The translations under genes were made by a program, and so were the position numbers. A DNA stretch of 64,000 nucleotides, taken from positions 576,001 through 640,000 of the forward strand of contig OY764159.1 of the NCBI GenBank assembly GCA_963668175.1. Direction: 5' to 3'. Positions 43,831-52,767 of this stretch are shown here, in pieces. The notes under the pieces were generated by a model. The model did not search any database. It saw only the letters and a list, made by a program, of their open reading frames with translations, and was not told the origin of the DNA. This DNA is from Syntrophales bacterium. Its GTDB lineage: Bacteria; Desulfobacterota; Syntrophia; Syntrophales; PHBD01. Positions within the stretch are counted from its first letter, which is position 1; each line of letters starts with the position of its first letter.

Positions 43831-44598
43831 ATGAACGATCAAGCGGGTCCGATCCTCAGATGCGAAAATATCGAGAAGCGCTACGGCCGGAAAGAAATCC
43901 TGAAAGGCGTGTCCCTGTCCGTCAATCAGGGAGAGCTGAAAATCCTTATCGGGCCATCCGGGGCCGGCAAGAGCACCCTGCTGCAGTGTATCAATTTTCT
44001 GGTCAGGCCGGAAAAGGGGAGGATCTGGCTCGACGGTTCCGAGGTCAGGAGCCACCATAAGAAGGATCTCCAGTCCTACCGGCAGAAGGTCGGGATGATT
44101 TTTCAGGATTTCAATCTCTTCGACCACTTGACGGCGTTGCGCAACGTGGCTATCGCCCTGGAAAAAGTCAAAGGCTTACATAAGGAAGAAGCGCACCGGA
44201 AGGCTATGGCGGAACTGGAAAGGGTAGGCCTCAAGGACCATGCCGACAAGTATCCGGCTCAGCTTTCCGGGGGGCAGAAGCAGAGGGTGTCCATTGCCCG
44301 CGCCCTGGCCATGGAACCCAAGGTGATGCTGCTCGATGAACCGACTTCCGCGCTGGACCCTGAATTGATCGGCGAGGTGCAGGCCGTCATCCGCGATCTG
44401 GTCGGCGGCGGCATGACCATGATCATGGCGACGCATCAGATTGCTTTTGCAAGCTCGCTGGCCCACGAGATCATTTTTATGGAGGATGGTCTCATCGTCG
44501 AGTCCGGACCGCCCGCCAAGATCTTCTCTGCGGCCGATTGCAGCCGCACCAGGGAGTTCTGTTCGAAAATAACGGACCTTTACGGGGAGGGCCGTTGA
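43831..44598 (+). CDS. Amino-acid ABC transporter ATP-binding protein
   Basis: GPSGAGKST, LSGGQKQR, LLDEPTSALDPE. Confidence 0.94.
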   Translation: MNDQAGPILRCENIEKRYGRKEILKGVSLSVNQGELKILIGPSGAGKSTLLQCINFLVRPEKGRIWLDGSEVRSHHKKDLQSYRQKVGMIFQDFNLFDHLTALRNVAIALEKVKGLHKEEAHRKAMAELERVGLKDHADKYPAQLSGGQKQRVSIARALAMEPKVMLLDEPTSALDPELIGEVQAVIRDLVGGGMTMIMATHQIAFASSLAHEIIFMEDGLIVESGPPAKIFSAADCSRTREFCSKITDLYGEGR

Positions 44599-45272
44599 TG
44601 GAAGAGTGGATCTATATTCAGCATGACGTTATCCCGGCCTTAACGCGCGGTTTTCTGGTCAGTGTGCAGCTTATTGTTCCGTCGGCGCTCTGCGGTCTGG
44701 CCATCGGCGTCGTCGTGGGCATCCTCCGGGTCTACGGAAGCTATGCGGGTTCTCTCTTTGCGAATGCGTATGTTGCGGTATTCCGCGGTATTCCCCTTGT
44801 TGTTCAGTTATTCGTCTGGTATTTCGGACTGCCGTACTGGAACCTATATATGGAGCCGTTTACCGCCTCGGTCCTCGGTTTCTCCCTGTGCAGCGGGGCC
44901 TATCATTCGGAGTACATCCGGGGTGCGCTCCTTTCCATAAAGAGAGGACAGATGCTGGCCGCCCAGTCCCTCGGCTTCACCAAGATGCAGATGATCTTCG
45001 CCGTCATCCTGCCCCAGGCGTTACGACGCGCTTTACCCGGTTGCGGCAACGAGATCATCTACCTCATCAAATATTCGTCCCTCGCCTATATGATCACATG
45101 CGTCGAGTTGACGGGCGAAGGCAAAATCCTGGCGTCGGATTCCTTCAAGTATACGGAGATATTCCTGATCATCGGCGTATGTTACCTGGTCATGACTTCG
45201 GTTGCGACCGCGGGGCTCCACTACTTGGAATCGCGCATTCGTCTGCCCGGTTTCGAATATCGCAGGGTCTGA
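44598..45272 (+). CDS. Amino-acid ABC transporter permease
   Basis: FRGIPLVVQ, GQMLAAQSLG, PQALRR. TGATG overlap with the ATPase. Confidence 0.92.
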   Translation: MEEWIYIQHDVIPALTRGFLVSVQLIVPSALCGLAIGVVVGILRVYGSYAGSLFANAYVAVFRGIPLVVQLFVWYFGLPYWNLYMEPFTASVLGFSLCSGAYHSEYIRGALLSIKRGQMLAAQSLGFTKMQMIFAVILPQALRRALPGCGNEIIYLIKYSSLAYMITCVELTGEGKILASDSFKYTEIFLIIGVCYLVMTSVATAGLHYLESRIRLPGFEYRRV

Positions 45273-45273
45273 C

Positions 45274-46665
45274 ATGACGACTTATCAATCCCTCACTCCT
45301 GAAATCGTTGAAGAAATTCGGAACACGCTCGGTGCGGGCGCGGTCCTTGTCGCGCGCGACAAGCTGGCCGACTACGGAAAAGACGCCACGACGATCATTC
45401 CTCTTGCTCCACCGGAACTTGTCGTGGAGGCGACCGCAGTCGAACAGGTCCAAACGCTTCTGCGACTTGCCGGCAGGCATCGATTTGCCGTCACGCCGCG
45501 GGGGCAGGGAACAGGGCTTGCGGGAGGTGCCGTTCCTGTTCGAGGCGGCGTGGTCCTGTCGCTGGCCAGGATGAACCGGATTCTGGCCATTGAAAAAGAG
45601 AACATGATCGCGATTGCCGAACCGGGGGTGATCAATCAGGACCTGAAAAACGCGGTAGCGCCGTACGGCCTTTATTACCCACCCGATCCGGCGAGCCTGG
45701 AGACCTCGACGCTCGGCGGTAATGCCGCCACGAACGCCGGAGGGCCCGCCTGCCTGAAATACGGAACGACCCGGGATTATATCCTGGGGCTGGAGGCGGT
45801 TCTGCCCAGCGGAGACATCATTCAATCGGGTGTCAGAACCCGCAAGGGGGTTGTCGGCTATGATCTGACACGGTTGCTTGTCGGATCGGAGGGGACATTG
45901 GCCGTCATCACGAAACTCATCCTGAAGCTGGTTCCCCGCCCTGCCGGTATTACAACCGCCGTTGCCCTTTTTCAGGACCTGGAAACGGCCATGGAAGCAA
46001 TCCAGGCAGTTCTTCTCGGCGGCCATAGCCCCTGCGCCATGGAATTTTTGGACCGACGGTGCCTGGAACTCGTCGGTGATATGTTGCCTTTTGATGGCGT
46101 GCAAGGATCAGGGGCTTTCCTGCTTATGGACGTGGACGGCGATCCTCATGCCATCGCCGGTACTGTCGAAGAGATGGGGAGGATTTGCCTGGAACATCGT
46201 GCTACGGCGGTCTTTATGGCCCCCGATGCGGTCAAGAGGGCCAAAATGTGGGAAGTCAGAAGGGCCGTATCGCTTCGCATCGAGGAAAAGTATCCGGTCG
46301 ATATTCACGAGGACGTTGCCGTGCCTCTCGGCCGCATCGCCCAATTCGTGTCGGTCCTGCCCCGCTATGAAACCTTATATGGCATGAAAATCTATGCCTT
46401 CGGACATGCCGGCGACGGCAATATCCATCTCAATATCACCGCGGAGCAGAAGGAGGCCGCAGAAACGATGGAGCCGGGAATCAGGGAGTTGCTGAAGGCT
46501 GTGGTCGAAATGGGCGGCACGATATCGGGAGAACACGGCATCGGGTCGGTCAAGCGGGCCTATCTGCCGTTGGAGTTGTCCGCGGCAAACATGGGCTTGC
46601 AGAGCGCAATCAAGAGGCTCTTCGATCCCCAGTTGATCCTCAATCCGGGGAAAGTCTTCATATAA
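45274..46665 (+). CDS. FAD-linked 2-hydroxyacid oxidoreductase (GlcD/D-lactate dehydrogenase family)
   Basis: RGQGTGLAGGA, PPDPAS, GSEGTL, GHAGDGNIH, GEHGIG, LNPGK. Confidence 0.9.
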   Translation: MTTYQSLTPEIVEEIRNTLGAGAVLVARDKLADYGKDATTIIPLAPPELVVEATAVEQVQTLLRLAGRHRFAVTPRGQGTGLAGGAVPVRGGVVLSLARMNRILAIEKENMIAIAEPGVINQDLKNAVAPYGLYYPPDPASLETSTLGGNAATNAGGPACLKYGTTRDYILGLEAVLPSGDIIQSGVRTRKGVVGYDLTRLLVGSEGTLAVITKLILKLVPRPAGITTAVALFQDLETAMEAIQAVLLGGHSPCAMEFLDRRCLELVGDMLPFDGVQGSGAFLLMDVDGDPHAIAGTVEEMGRICLEHRATAVFMAPDAVKRAKMWEVRRAVSLRIEEKYPVDIHEDVAVPLGRIAQFVSVLPRYETLYGMKIYAFGHAGDGNIHLNITAEQKEAAETMEPGIRELLKAVVEMGGTISGEHGIGSVKRAYLPLELSAANMGLQSAIKRLFDPQLILNPGKVFI

Positions 46666-46725
46666 CATATCATGATTCGTCCGACACAGCCTGACGGATC
46701 GAAGCATAAAGGAAACCGGGGCAAC

Positions 46726-47730
46726 ATGGCATCCATGGGGCAAGAGGCAAATTCGCCGATAGCAGAGATCGCGGAAGATTTCTATATGATCACGCTGCCG
46801 ATGCCTTTTCGCCTTCGCCATGTCCATGTGTATGCCGCCGTTCGGAACGGGCGTGTCACCCTTTTTGACACGGGTCTGAACAGCGGCGGGTCGAGGGAAA
46901 GCCTCAGAGCAGCCCTCGGAACGATCGGACTTTCCTTGAACCGTATCGATGCCGTTTATATCACCCACTACCATGCCGACCATTGCGGTATGGCCGGCTG
47001 GCTCCAGGCAGAATTCGGCGCGACGATCCATATGCCGGAAACGGACAACGCCATCCTGCAAAACAACCGCACCCCCGACATTTTTGACCGTCTGGTCAGG
47101 CCTTTTTACCGACGACAGGGCCTGCCGGATCGGGCCATCGACCTCCTGGAGTCGCTGCGCGAGCAGTTCAAAACCCTCTCCCCGCCCTTCCTGGCCGACG
47201 TCTATGTCCGCGCCTCCGACGTTCTGATGGACGGCACCAGGCACTTCCGGGTGCTGCCGGCGCCCGGCCACACGCGGGGACAGGTATGTTATTACTTTGA
47301 AAAAGAAGAGATATTGCTTTCAGGCGACCATGTCCTGCCCGTTATCACGCCCAACTTAAGCCCCGATCTTTTCTGCCCGGAATTTTCCTGCCTGTCCAGT
47401 TACCTGGGGGCCCTGGAGGAACTGAAAAATATCCCGATTGCGCAGGTCTATCCGGGGCATGGAACGCCGTTTGCCGACTGCCCGGCCAGGGTGGATGAAA
47501 TCAAGTCCCATCACGAGGAGCGAAAATCCCTGATATGGACTTCCATCCGGGAGGAGGCCAAGACCTCCTTTCAGGTTTCCCGCGATATCTTCGGGCGCAA
47601 CCTGTCCGAGTTCGATCAGTTTCTCGCCGTCAACGAGACGTATGTGCATATCGGGCAATTGCTGTCGGAAGGCAGGGTTGTTGAAAGAGATGGAGGGGAT
47701 GTGAAGTTTTACGCCGCGGAAAACCCGTAG
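46726..47730 (+). CDS. MBL-fold metallo-hydrolase
   Basis: DTG, THYHADHCG, PGHT, SGDH, PGHG. Start uncertain. Confidence 0.87.
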   Translation: MASMGQEANSPIAEIAEDFYMITLPMPFRLRHVHVYAAVRNGRVTLFDTGLNSGGSRESLRAALGTIGLSLNRIDAVYITHYHADHCGMAGWLQAEFGATIHMPETDNAILQNNRTPDIFDRLVRPFYRRQGLPDRAIDLLESLREQFKTLSPPFLADVYVRASDVLMDGTRHFRVLPAPGHTRGQVCYYFEKEEILLSGDHVLPVITPNLSPDLFCPEFSCLSSYLGALEELKNIPIAQVYPGHGTPFADCPARVDEIKSHHEERKSLIWTSIREEAKTSFQVSRDIFGRNLSEFDQFLAVNETYVHIGQLLSEGRVVERDGGDVKFYAAENP

Positions 47731-47777
47731 GAATGTGATGGGCTCCGCGGGACAGGCTCCAAAGGCCTGCCGCTGCG

Positions 47778-48737
47778 TCAACATGCCGGCGTCTTTTCCT
47801 TGGAGGATGCCGTGCGGCGGGAGGTGCGCTGATCAACGCGGTAAATGCTGCCCTTGATCTGCTTGGCGAATTTTTTCATCTCCGAGGCCCTTTCGGTCAA
47901 TTCTCCGTAATGGGAAAATTGCCTGGCCCGGGTGTCGGTGATACCGATGGATATGCCGATGATCGGAAAGACCTTGAATACGCCCTGCCGGTCCACCGAT
48001 TCGATACACTCCTTGTTCCTGTCTTCCGGATCGTAAAATGTCGGAATGATGTCGTCGAATGCCCGGATGATTTCCTGGGAAGCCTTTTCCACATGGGCCA
48101 CATCCATAATATAGATGAAATCGTCACCGCCGATATGCCCGATGAAGCTCTGCTGCGGCTGGATGTTCTTGACCATGTTCAGGATGATGCGCCCGGTGAT
48201 TTTGATGACGTCGTCCCCGCGGCTGAAGCCGTATTTGTCGTTGTAGGGCTTGAAATGATCGAGATCGGCATATGCAAAGGCGAACGCATCCCCCCTGGCG
48301 AGCCTCTCTTCAATTTGGCGGTTGATGGAGATATTGCCGGGAAGCCTCGTTAAGGGATTGATTTCCACGTTCCTTTCCGAGCGGAGGACGGCCAGGTTGA
48401 CACGGGCGCAAAGTTCGGCCTCGAGGTCCTTCTTCCATATGTAATCTTCGATATAAACGGCGTCCCAGCAGTTGATCAGCGCCGGGTCTGAAATGATACC
48501 CAAGGCAGGCAACTGGGAAAACATGGGATCTTCCTTCAAATTATTCAGGACCGCAGTGGTCGTGCCGTCTCCGGGTCTAAGGTCGATGACGATAAGGTTG
48601 GGAATGGCATTGTAAATATAGTCAAGGGCCGAAGGCAGGGCCGGGAAAGTGACGGTCTTGTACGTCGGACCGAGAATTCTTTCGGCCATGTTCGAGGCGA
48701 CGATATCGGCGGAGACGATGACGACGGTTTTCATCAT
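47778..48737 (-). CDS. Diguanylate cyclase-like protein (degenerate receiver + GGDEF domain)
   Basis: NPLTRLPGN, DLDHFKPYND.YG, HIGGDDF. Receiver-like N-terminus. Confidence 0.85.
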   Translation of the reverse strand: MMKTVVIVSADIVASNMAERILGPTYKTVTFPALPSALDYIYNAIPNLIVIDLRPGDGTTTAVLNNLKEDPMFSQLPALGIISDPALINCWDAVYIEDYIWKKDLEAELCARVNLAVLRSERNVEINPLTRLPGNISINRQIEERLARGDAFAFAYADLDHFKPYNDKYGFSRGDDVIKITGRIILNMVKNIQPQQSFIGHIGGDDFIYIMDVAHVEKASQEIIRAFDDIIPTFYDPEDRNKECIESVDRQGVFKVFPIIGISIGITDTRARQFSHYGELTERASEMKKFAKQIKGSIYRVDQRTSRRTASSKEKTPAC

Positions 48738-48740
48738 AAA

Positions 48741-49577
48741 TCAGAGGGCGAGGTCTTCGGTTGCATCAACGGATTCTTCCACTCTTACCAGGACATCCTT
48801 GATATCCTGCTCGGAAAGGTTCAGCATATCGAATACGGCCGGATGCAGTGCCGGTGCAAAGGGATCTCCGGCAAAACCGACGCCCCGGGCGCGGATCAGG
48901 ACATCGGAAAAGTGGACGATAGCCGTTTCCAAAGGCGCTGTCTTGGAAAGAACGGGGTTGTGATGATAGGCAATGACTTCAACCAGGTTCTTGGGAAATC
49001 GCCATTTTTCGGCCAGCCACATGCCGATATCGGAATGGGCGTTGCTGAAAAACAACCTTTCGGATTCGTATATGATCAATCCTTTTTGCAGGGACTCCTG
49101 TATGGCCTTTTCATATTGGTCCTGAAATTCGAGGATAAGGATGACCTTCCCCAAATCGTGCAGTAAACCGGCTATGGAAATCTCTTCCGGGTCCTTTACA
49201 CCTTTTTTCTCGGCGATCATCCGGGAAGCGACGGCGCAAGCGAGAGAATGGTTCCAGAGACCCGACATGACTTTTTCCATGATTTCGAAAACGGATATAC
49301 CGAGGAGCAGCCCTTTGACCACGTTCAGGCCTAGCAGCATGATCGCATGCGAAACCGATGAAATCCGCCCGGGGAAACCATATGCCGCCGAATTGACCAT
49401 CTTCAACACTTTGGTGGTCAACGCCGGATCGTTGGAGACGAAATGACTGATCTCATCAAGGGTGATCCGCGGCTTTTCGATGATGGCCGATATGCGTTTC
49501 AATGTCCCCGGTACGGTCGGCAGGGCCCCGATATTCTCTATTTTGCTCCTTTGGACCTGTATCATCTCACTGGACAT
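48741..49577 (-). CDS. HDOD domain protein
   Basis: LPTVP, DPALTTKVLKMVNSAAYG, LWNHSL, GLLHDLGK, W.FP, HHNP. Confidence 0.9.
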   Translation of the reverse strand: MSSEMIQVQRSKIENIGALPTVPGTLKRISAIIEKPRITLDEISHFVSNDPALTTKVLKMVNSAAYGFPGRISSVSHAIMLLGLNVVKGLLLGISVFEIMEKVMSGLWNHSLACAVASRMIAEKKGVKDPEEISIAGLLHDLGKVILILEFQDQYEKAIQESLQKGLIIYESERLFFSNAHSDIGMWLAEKWRFPKNLVEVIAYHHNPVLSKTAPLETAIVHFSDVLIRARGVGFAGDPFAPALHPAVFDMLNLSEQDIKDVLVRVEESVDATEDLAL

Positions 49578-49866
49578 ATAATCCCTCGATGTGTTCCTTG
49601 ACAAGCTTCTTAAGGAGTTTCATATGCGGAACTTCTTCCACATATTTGAATCTGGCATCCAGGCGGGCAAGCTCTTCCTCTTTCGGGATTGTTCTCAGTG
49701 TCGGTCCGTCGATATAGACGGCCTCAACGGCCATGTCCTGAATGCGTTCGATCCATTTTTCCGTAAGGACGGTGCCTTCGCTGAGCAGGATCATACCGTT
49801 CTTATCCGTGACCGGTCGCAACAGTTTCATCCCTTCCTGCAGGTTGGCGACAACGACTCGTGGCAT
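49567..49866 (-). CDS. Small hypothetical protein co-transcribed with HDOD/GGDEF genes
   Basis: LQEGMKLLRPV....G.ILL..G..LT pattern like the N-terminal module of HD-GYP proteins. Overlaps the HDOD start. Confidence 0.75.
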   Translation of the reverse strand: MPRVVVANLQEGMKLLRPVTDKNGMILLSEGTVLTEKWIERIQDMAVEAVYIDGPTLRTIPKEEELARLDARFKYVEEVPHMKLLKKLVKEHIEGLYVQ

Positions 49867-50060
49867 GATGAAATCCTTTTATAGAGTTATCGATGCAACA
49901 TATCTTTTTTTGTTTAGGAATTCAAATATTTTAATCGGACGAATCCTGTTGCCTATTTGATGGCTGCGCGTGAATTTGCTATTGACAGCAACGACGATAC
50001 ATTATATGAGTTAATACAGGTGGAATTTAGAAGATCGATATAAAGCGGATTGGAAAACCA

Positions 50061-50144
50061 ATGAACCCCCTAACGGCCATTTCCATTATTATAGATAAAG
50101 GCATAATTAGGCCGACACATATATCTGGCCTGATAGGGGTATAA
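50061..50144 (+). CDS. Isoleucine-rich leader peptide of cimA (MNPLTAISIIIDKGIIRPTHISGLIGV)
   Basis: ATG..TAA, 27 aa with 8 Ile codons, immediately upstream of an attenuator terminator. Confidence 0.8.
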   Translation: MNPLTAISIIIDKGIIRPTHISGLIGV

Positions 50145-50167
50145 CTTTTTACATAAAAGATCATTTT

Positions 50168-50209
50168 AAAAAGTCCGTTATCAGGCAACTGGTGACGGAC
50201 TTTTTGTTT
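50168..50209 (+). terminator. Attenuator terminator in the cimA leader
   Basis: AAAAAGTCCGTTATCAG-GCAA-CTGGTGACGGACTTTTT followed by GTTT, just before the cimA RBS. Confidence 0.88.
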
Positions 50210-50224
50210 ATAGAAAGGACGCCC

Positions 50225-51865
50225 ATGAAGACGAAGAACGTTCTGATTTACGATACGACGTTAAGAGACGGCACGCAGGGGGAGCAGATCAATTTTTCCG
50301 CAGAAGAGAAATTAAGGGTTGCTCAGCGACTGGACGAAATGCATTTTCATTACGTCGAAGGGGGATGGCCTGGGTCCAATCCGAAGGATATGCGATTCTT
50401 CGAACTGGCCAAGATGAAGCCCCTCAAACATGCCCGTCTAACGGCTTTCGGAAGCACCCGCAAGGCCGGGGCCGGTCCCGAAAAGTGCCCGAACCTACAG
50501 GCTATTCTCGATGCCGGGACGCCGGCTGTCGCGATTTTCGGCAAATCGTGGGATTTTCATGCCACCGAAATTCTCGGCGTTTCCCTCGATGAGAATTTGG
50601 CCATGATCCGCGAATCCGTCGAGTATCTGGAAGCCATGGGCAAGGAAGTCATCTATGATGCCGAGCATTTCTTTGACGGCTACAAGCGCAATCGATCGTA
50701 TGCGATGAAAACGCTCATGGAGGCTTATAACGCCGGTGCCGCAATGATTGTGCTCTGCGATACCAACGGCGGGACGCTACCCCATGATCTGTCGACGATC
50801 ATCCGGGATGTGGCATCGGCCATTCCCCCGGCCAATCTGGGTATACATGCCCATAACGACAGCGGTCTGGCCGTAGCCAACTCCATCGCCGCCGTCCATG
50901 AGGGCGTCAGAATGGTTCAGGGCACCGTGAACGGGTACGGCGAGAGGTGCGGGAATGCAGATCTTTTACCGATCATTGGTAATCTGCAGCTTAAAATGAA
51001 CAGGCACTGCCTGCCGCCGTCCTCGCTCCAGCATCTGACGTCCCTGTCGAATTACGTAAGCGAAGTTGCCAATGTACCGCCGCTCAGTTCCCGGCCTTTC
51101 GTGGGACGAAGCGCCTTTGCCCATAAGGGGGGCGTTCATGTGAGCGCCGTCCTGAAAAACGCGCTGGCTTACGAGCATATTGATCCTGTGCTGGTAGGCA
51201 ACCAGCAACGCGTCCTCGTTTCCGATCTGGCCGGCAAGAGCAACATTGAATACAAAGCGAAGGAACTGGGGATCGACTTATCCCAGGACGACGATGTCAG
51301 CCGAAAGATCGTCCAGGAAATCAAACATATGGAGAATCAGGGGTACCAATTCGACGCAGCCGAAGGGACCCTGTCGCTCTTAATCAGGAAAATTACGGGA
51401 GAGTTCAAAGAGCCGTTTACCCTTGAGTGTTTTCACGTCATCGCTGCCAAAGTCGGCCAGGAGGCGTCGACCGCTCAGGCAACGATCAAGATTTCGGTCG
51501 GAGACGATGAAGAGTTGACCGCTGCGGAAGGCAACGGGCCGATCAATGCCCTTGATAACGCCTTGAGGAAGGCTTTGACCAAATTTTATCCACAGATCCA
51601 GGAAATGCATCTCGTCGATTTCAAGGTCAGGATCGTGGAAGGAAGCGAAGGCACCGCCGCCAAGGTGAAAGTGACCCTCGAATCCAAAGATGAGCAGGAT
51701 ATCTGGAGCACGATCGGGGTTTCCGAAAATGTCATCGAGGCAAGCTGGTGCGCCCTGGTAGACAGTTTTCAGTATAAATTGAGCAAAGACAGAGTGAACA
51801 AGAATATGGGAGGCAAGAAAAAACGAAGGCCGCATCATGAAGCCGCGCAAACGGCTCTGTTTTAA
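50225..51865 (+). CDS. cimA: Citramalate synthase
   Basis: YDTTLRDGTQGE, EGGWPGSNPKD, YDAEHFFDG, HAHND, AFAHKGGVHVSA, C-terminal regulatory domain. AAGGA RBS. Confidence 0.92.
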   Translation: MKTKNVLIYDTTLRDGTQGEQINFSAEEKLRVAQRLDEMHFHYVEGGWPGSNPKDMRFFELAKMKPLKHARLTAFGSTRKAGAGPEKCPNLQAILDAGTPAVAIFGKSWDFHATEILGVSLDENLAMIRESVEYLEAMGKEVIYDAEHFFDGYKRNRSYAMKTLMEAYNAGAAMIVLCDTNGGTLPHDLSTIIRDVASAIPPANLGIHAHNDSGLAVANSIAAVHEGVRMVQGTVNGYGERCGNADLLPIIGNLQLKMNRHCLPPSSLQHLTSLSNYVSEVANVPPLSSRPFVGRSAFAHKGGVHVSAVLKNALAYEHIDPVLVGNQQRVLVSDLAGKSNIEYKAKELGIDLSQDDDVSRKIVQEIKHMENQGYQFDAAEGTLSLLIRKITGEFKEPFTLECFHVIAAKVGQEASTAQATIKISVGDDEELTAAEGNGPINALDNALRKALTKFYPQIQEMHLVDFKVRIVEGSEGTAAKVKVTLESKDEQDIWSTIGVSENVIEASWCALVDSFQYKLSKDRVNKNMGGKKKRRPHHEAAQTALF

Positions 51866-52033
51866 TCATACCGACCAGGAAATAACCTTGAAGGGGGCAG
51901 GTCTTACAGACTTTCTTCTTTCCGGAACACGGCGGCGTGATAATATCCGTTTGAAGGCGGGGCATATCAATACTCCTGGCCCTTTCGTCATGACGTCACC
52001 ACATAAAAAATTCATATTTACCTGATAACAGCA

Positions 52034-52062
52034 TTGCTTATCGTGACTTCATCTGATACACT
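52034..52062 (+). promoter_or_regulatory. Sigma-70-type promoter candidate
   Basis: TTGCTT-17 nt-TACACT with extended -10 TG. Confidence 0.55.
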
Positions 52063-52116
52063 ATTGGACTACGGCCGATCCGATGGGGGTCGGCACACCC
52101 AAGATCAAAGATAATT

Positions 52117-52725
52117 ATGCTGTTTTCAATCAATCATCAGAATCCGCAAATGCGCCTCATCAAGAAGGCGGTCGATATTTTGAAAGCAGGCGGTATCGTC
52201 ATATATCCGACTGATACTGTTTACGGCATGGGTTGCGACCTTTTCAACAAAAGAGGCATAGAGAAGATTTACCAGATCACGAGGAGAAATAAACAGCGAC
52301 CCTTAAGCTTCGTCTGTTCGGATCTCAAAGATATCAGCCGTTATGCCCGGGTATCCGATTACGCCTATAAGACGATGAAACGGTATCTCCCCGGTCCCTA
52401 TACGTTCATTCTTGAGGCATCAAGACTCGTTCCCAAAATCATTCTTCCCAAGCGTCAGACGACGGGGATCCGCGTACCCGACAATCGCATCTGCCTCTCC
52501 CTCGTGGCCGAGCTGGGACAGCCCATCATCAGTACAAGCGTAAAAAATATCCACAACGAACTTATGAGCGATCCGCAGGAGATTGAAAAAAAATTCTCCC
52601 ACTGCGTCGATCTGGTGATCGACGGCGGAATCCTCGTGCCGGAAGAATCCAGCGTCATCAGCCTGGTCGACGACGAGGCGGAAGTTCTGAGAACAGGAAA
52701 AGGCGATATATCCGCCTTCCAATAA
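52117..52725 (+). CDS. Sua5/YciO/YrdC family protein (YciO-like)
   Basis: YPTDTVYGMGC, LPGPYTFIL, GIRVPD, PIISTS, VIDGG. Confidence 0.9.
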   Translation: MLFSINHQNPQMRLIKKAVDILKAGGIVIYPTDTVYGMGCDLFNKRGIEKIYQITRRNKQRPLSFVCSDLKDISRYARVSDYAYKTMKRYLPGPYTFILEASRLVPKIILPKRQTTGIRVPDNRICLSLVAELGQPIISTSVKNIHNELMSDPQEIEKKFSHCVDLVIDGGILVPEESSVISLVDDEAEVLRTGKGDISAFQ

Positions 52726-52767
52726 AATGCGGCCGGTTGACCCAAGGCATCGTCAATCTGCCAAAGG

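Noticed and set aside
50061..52725. Functional link between the ATN-codon leader and the downstream Sua5/YciO gene through t6A
   Set aside because: That gene has its own promoter candidate and looks YciO-like; nothing beyond adjacency supports it.
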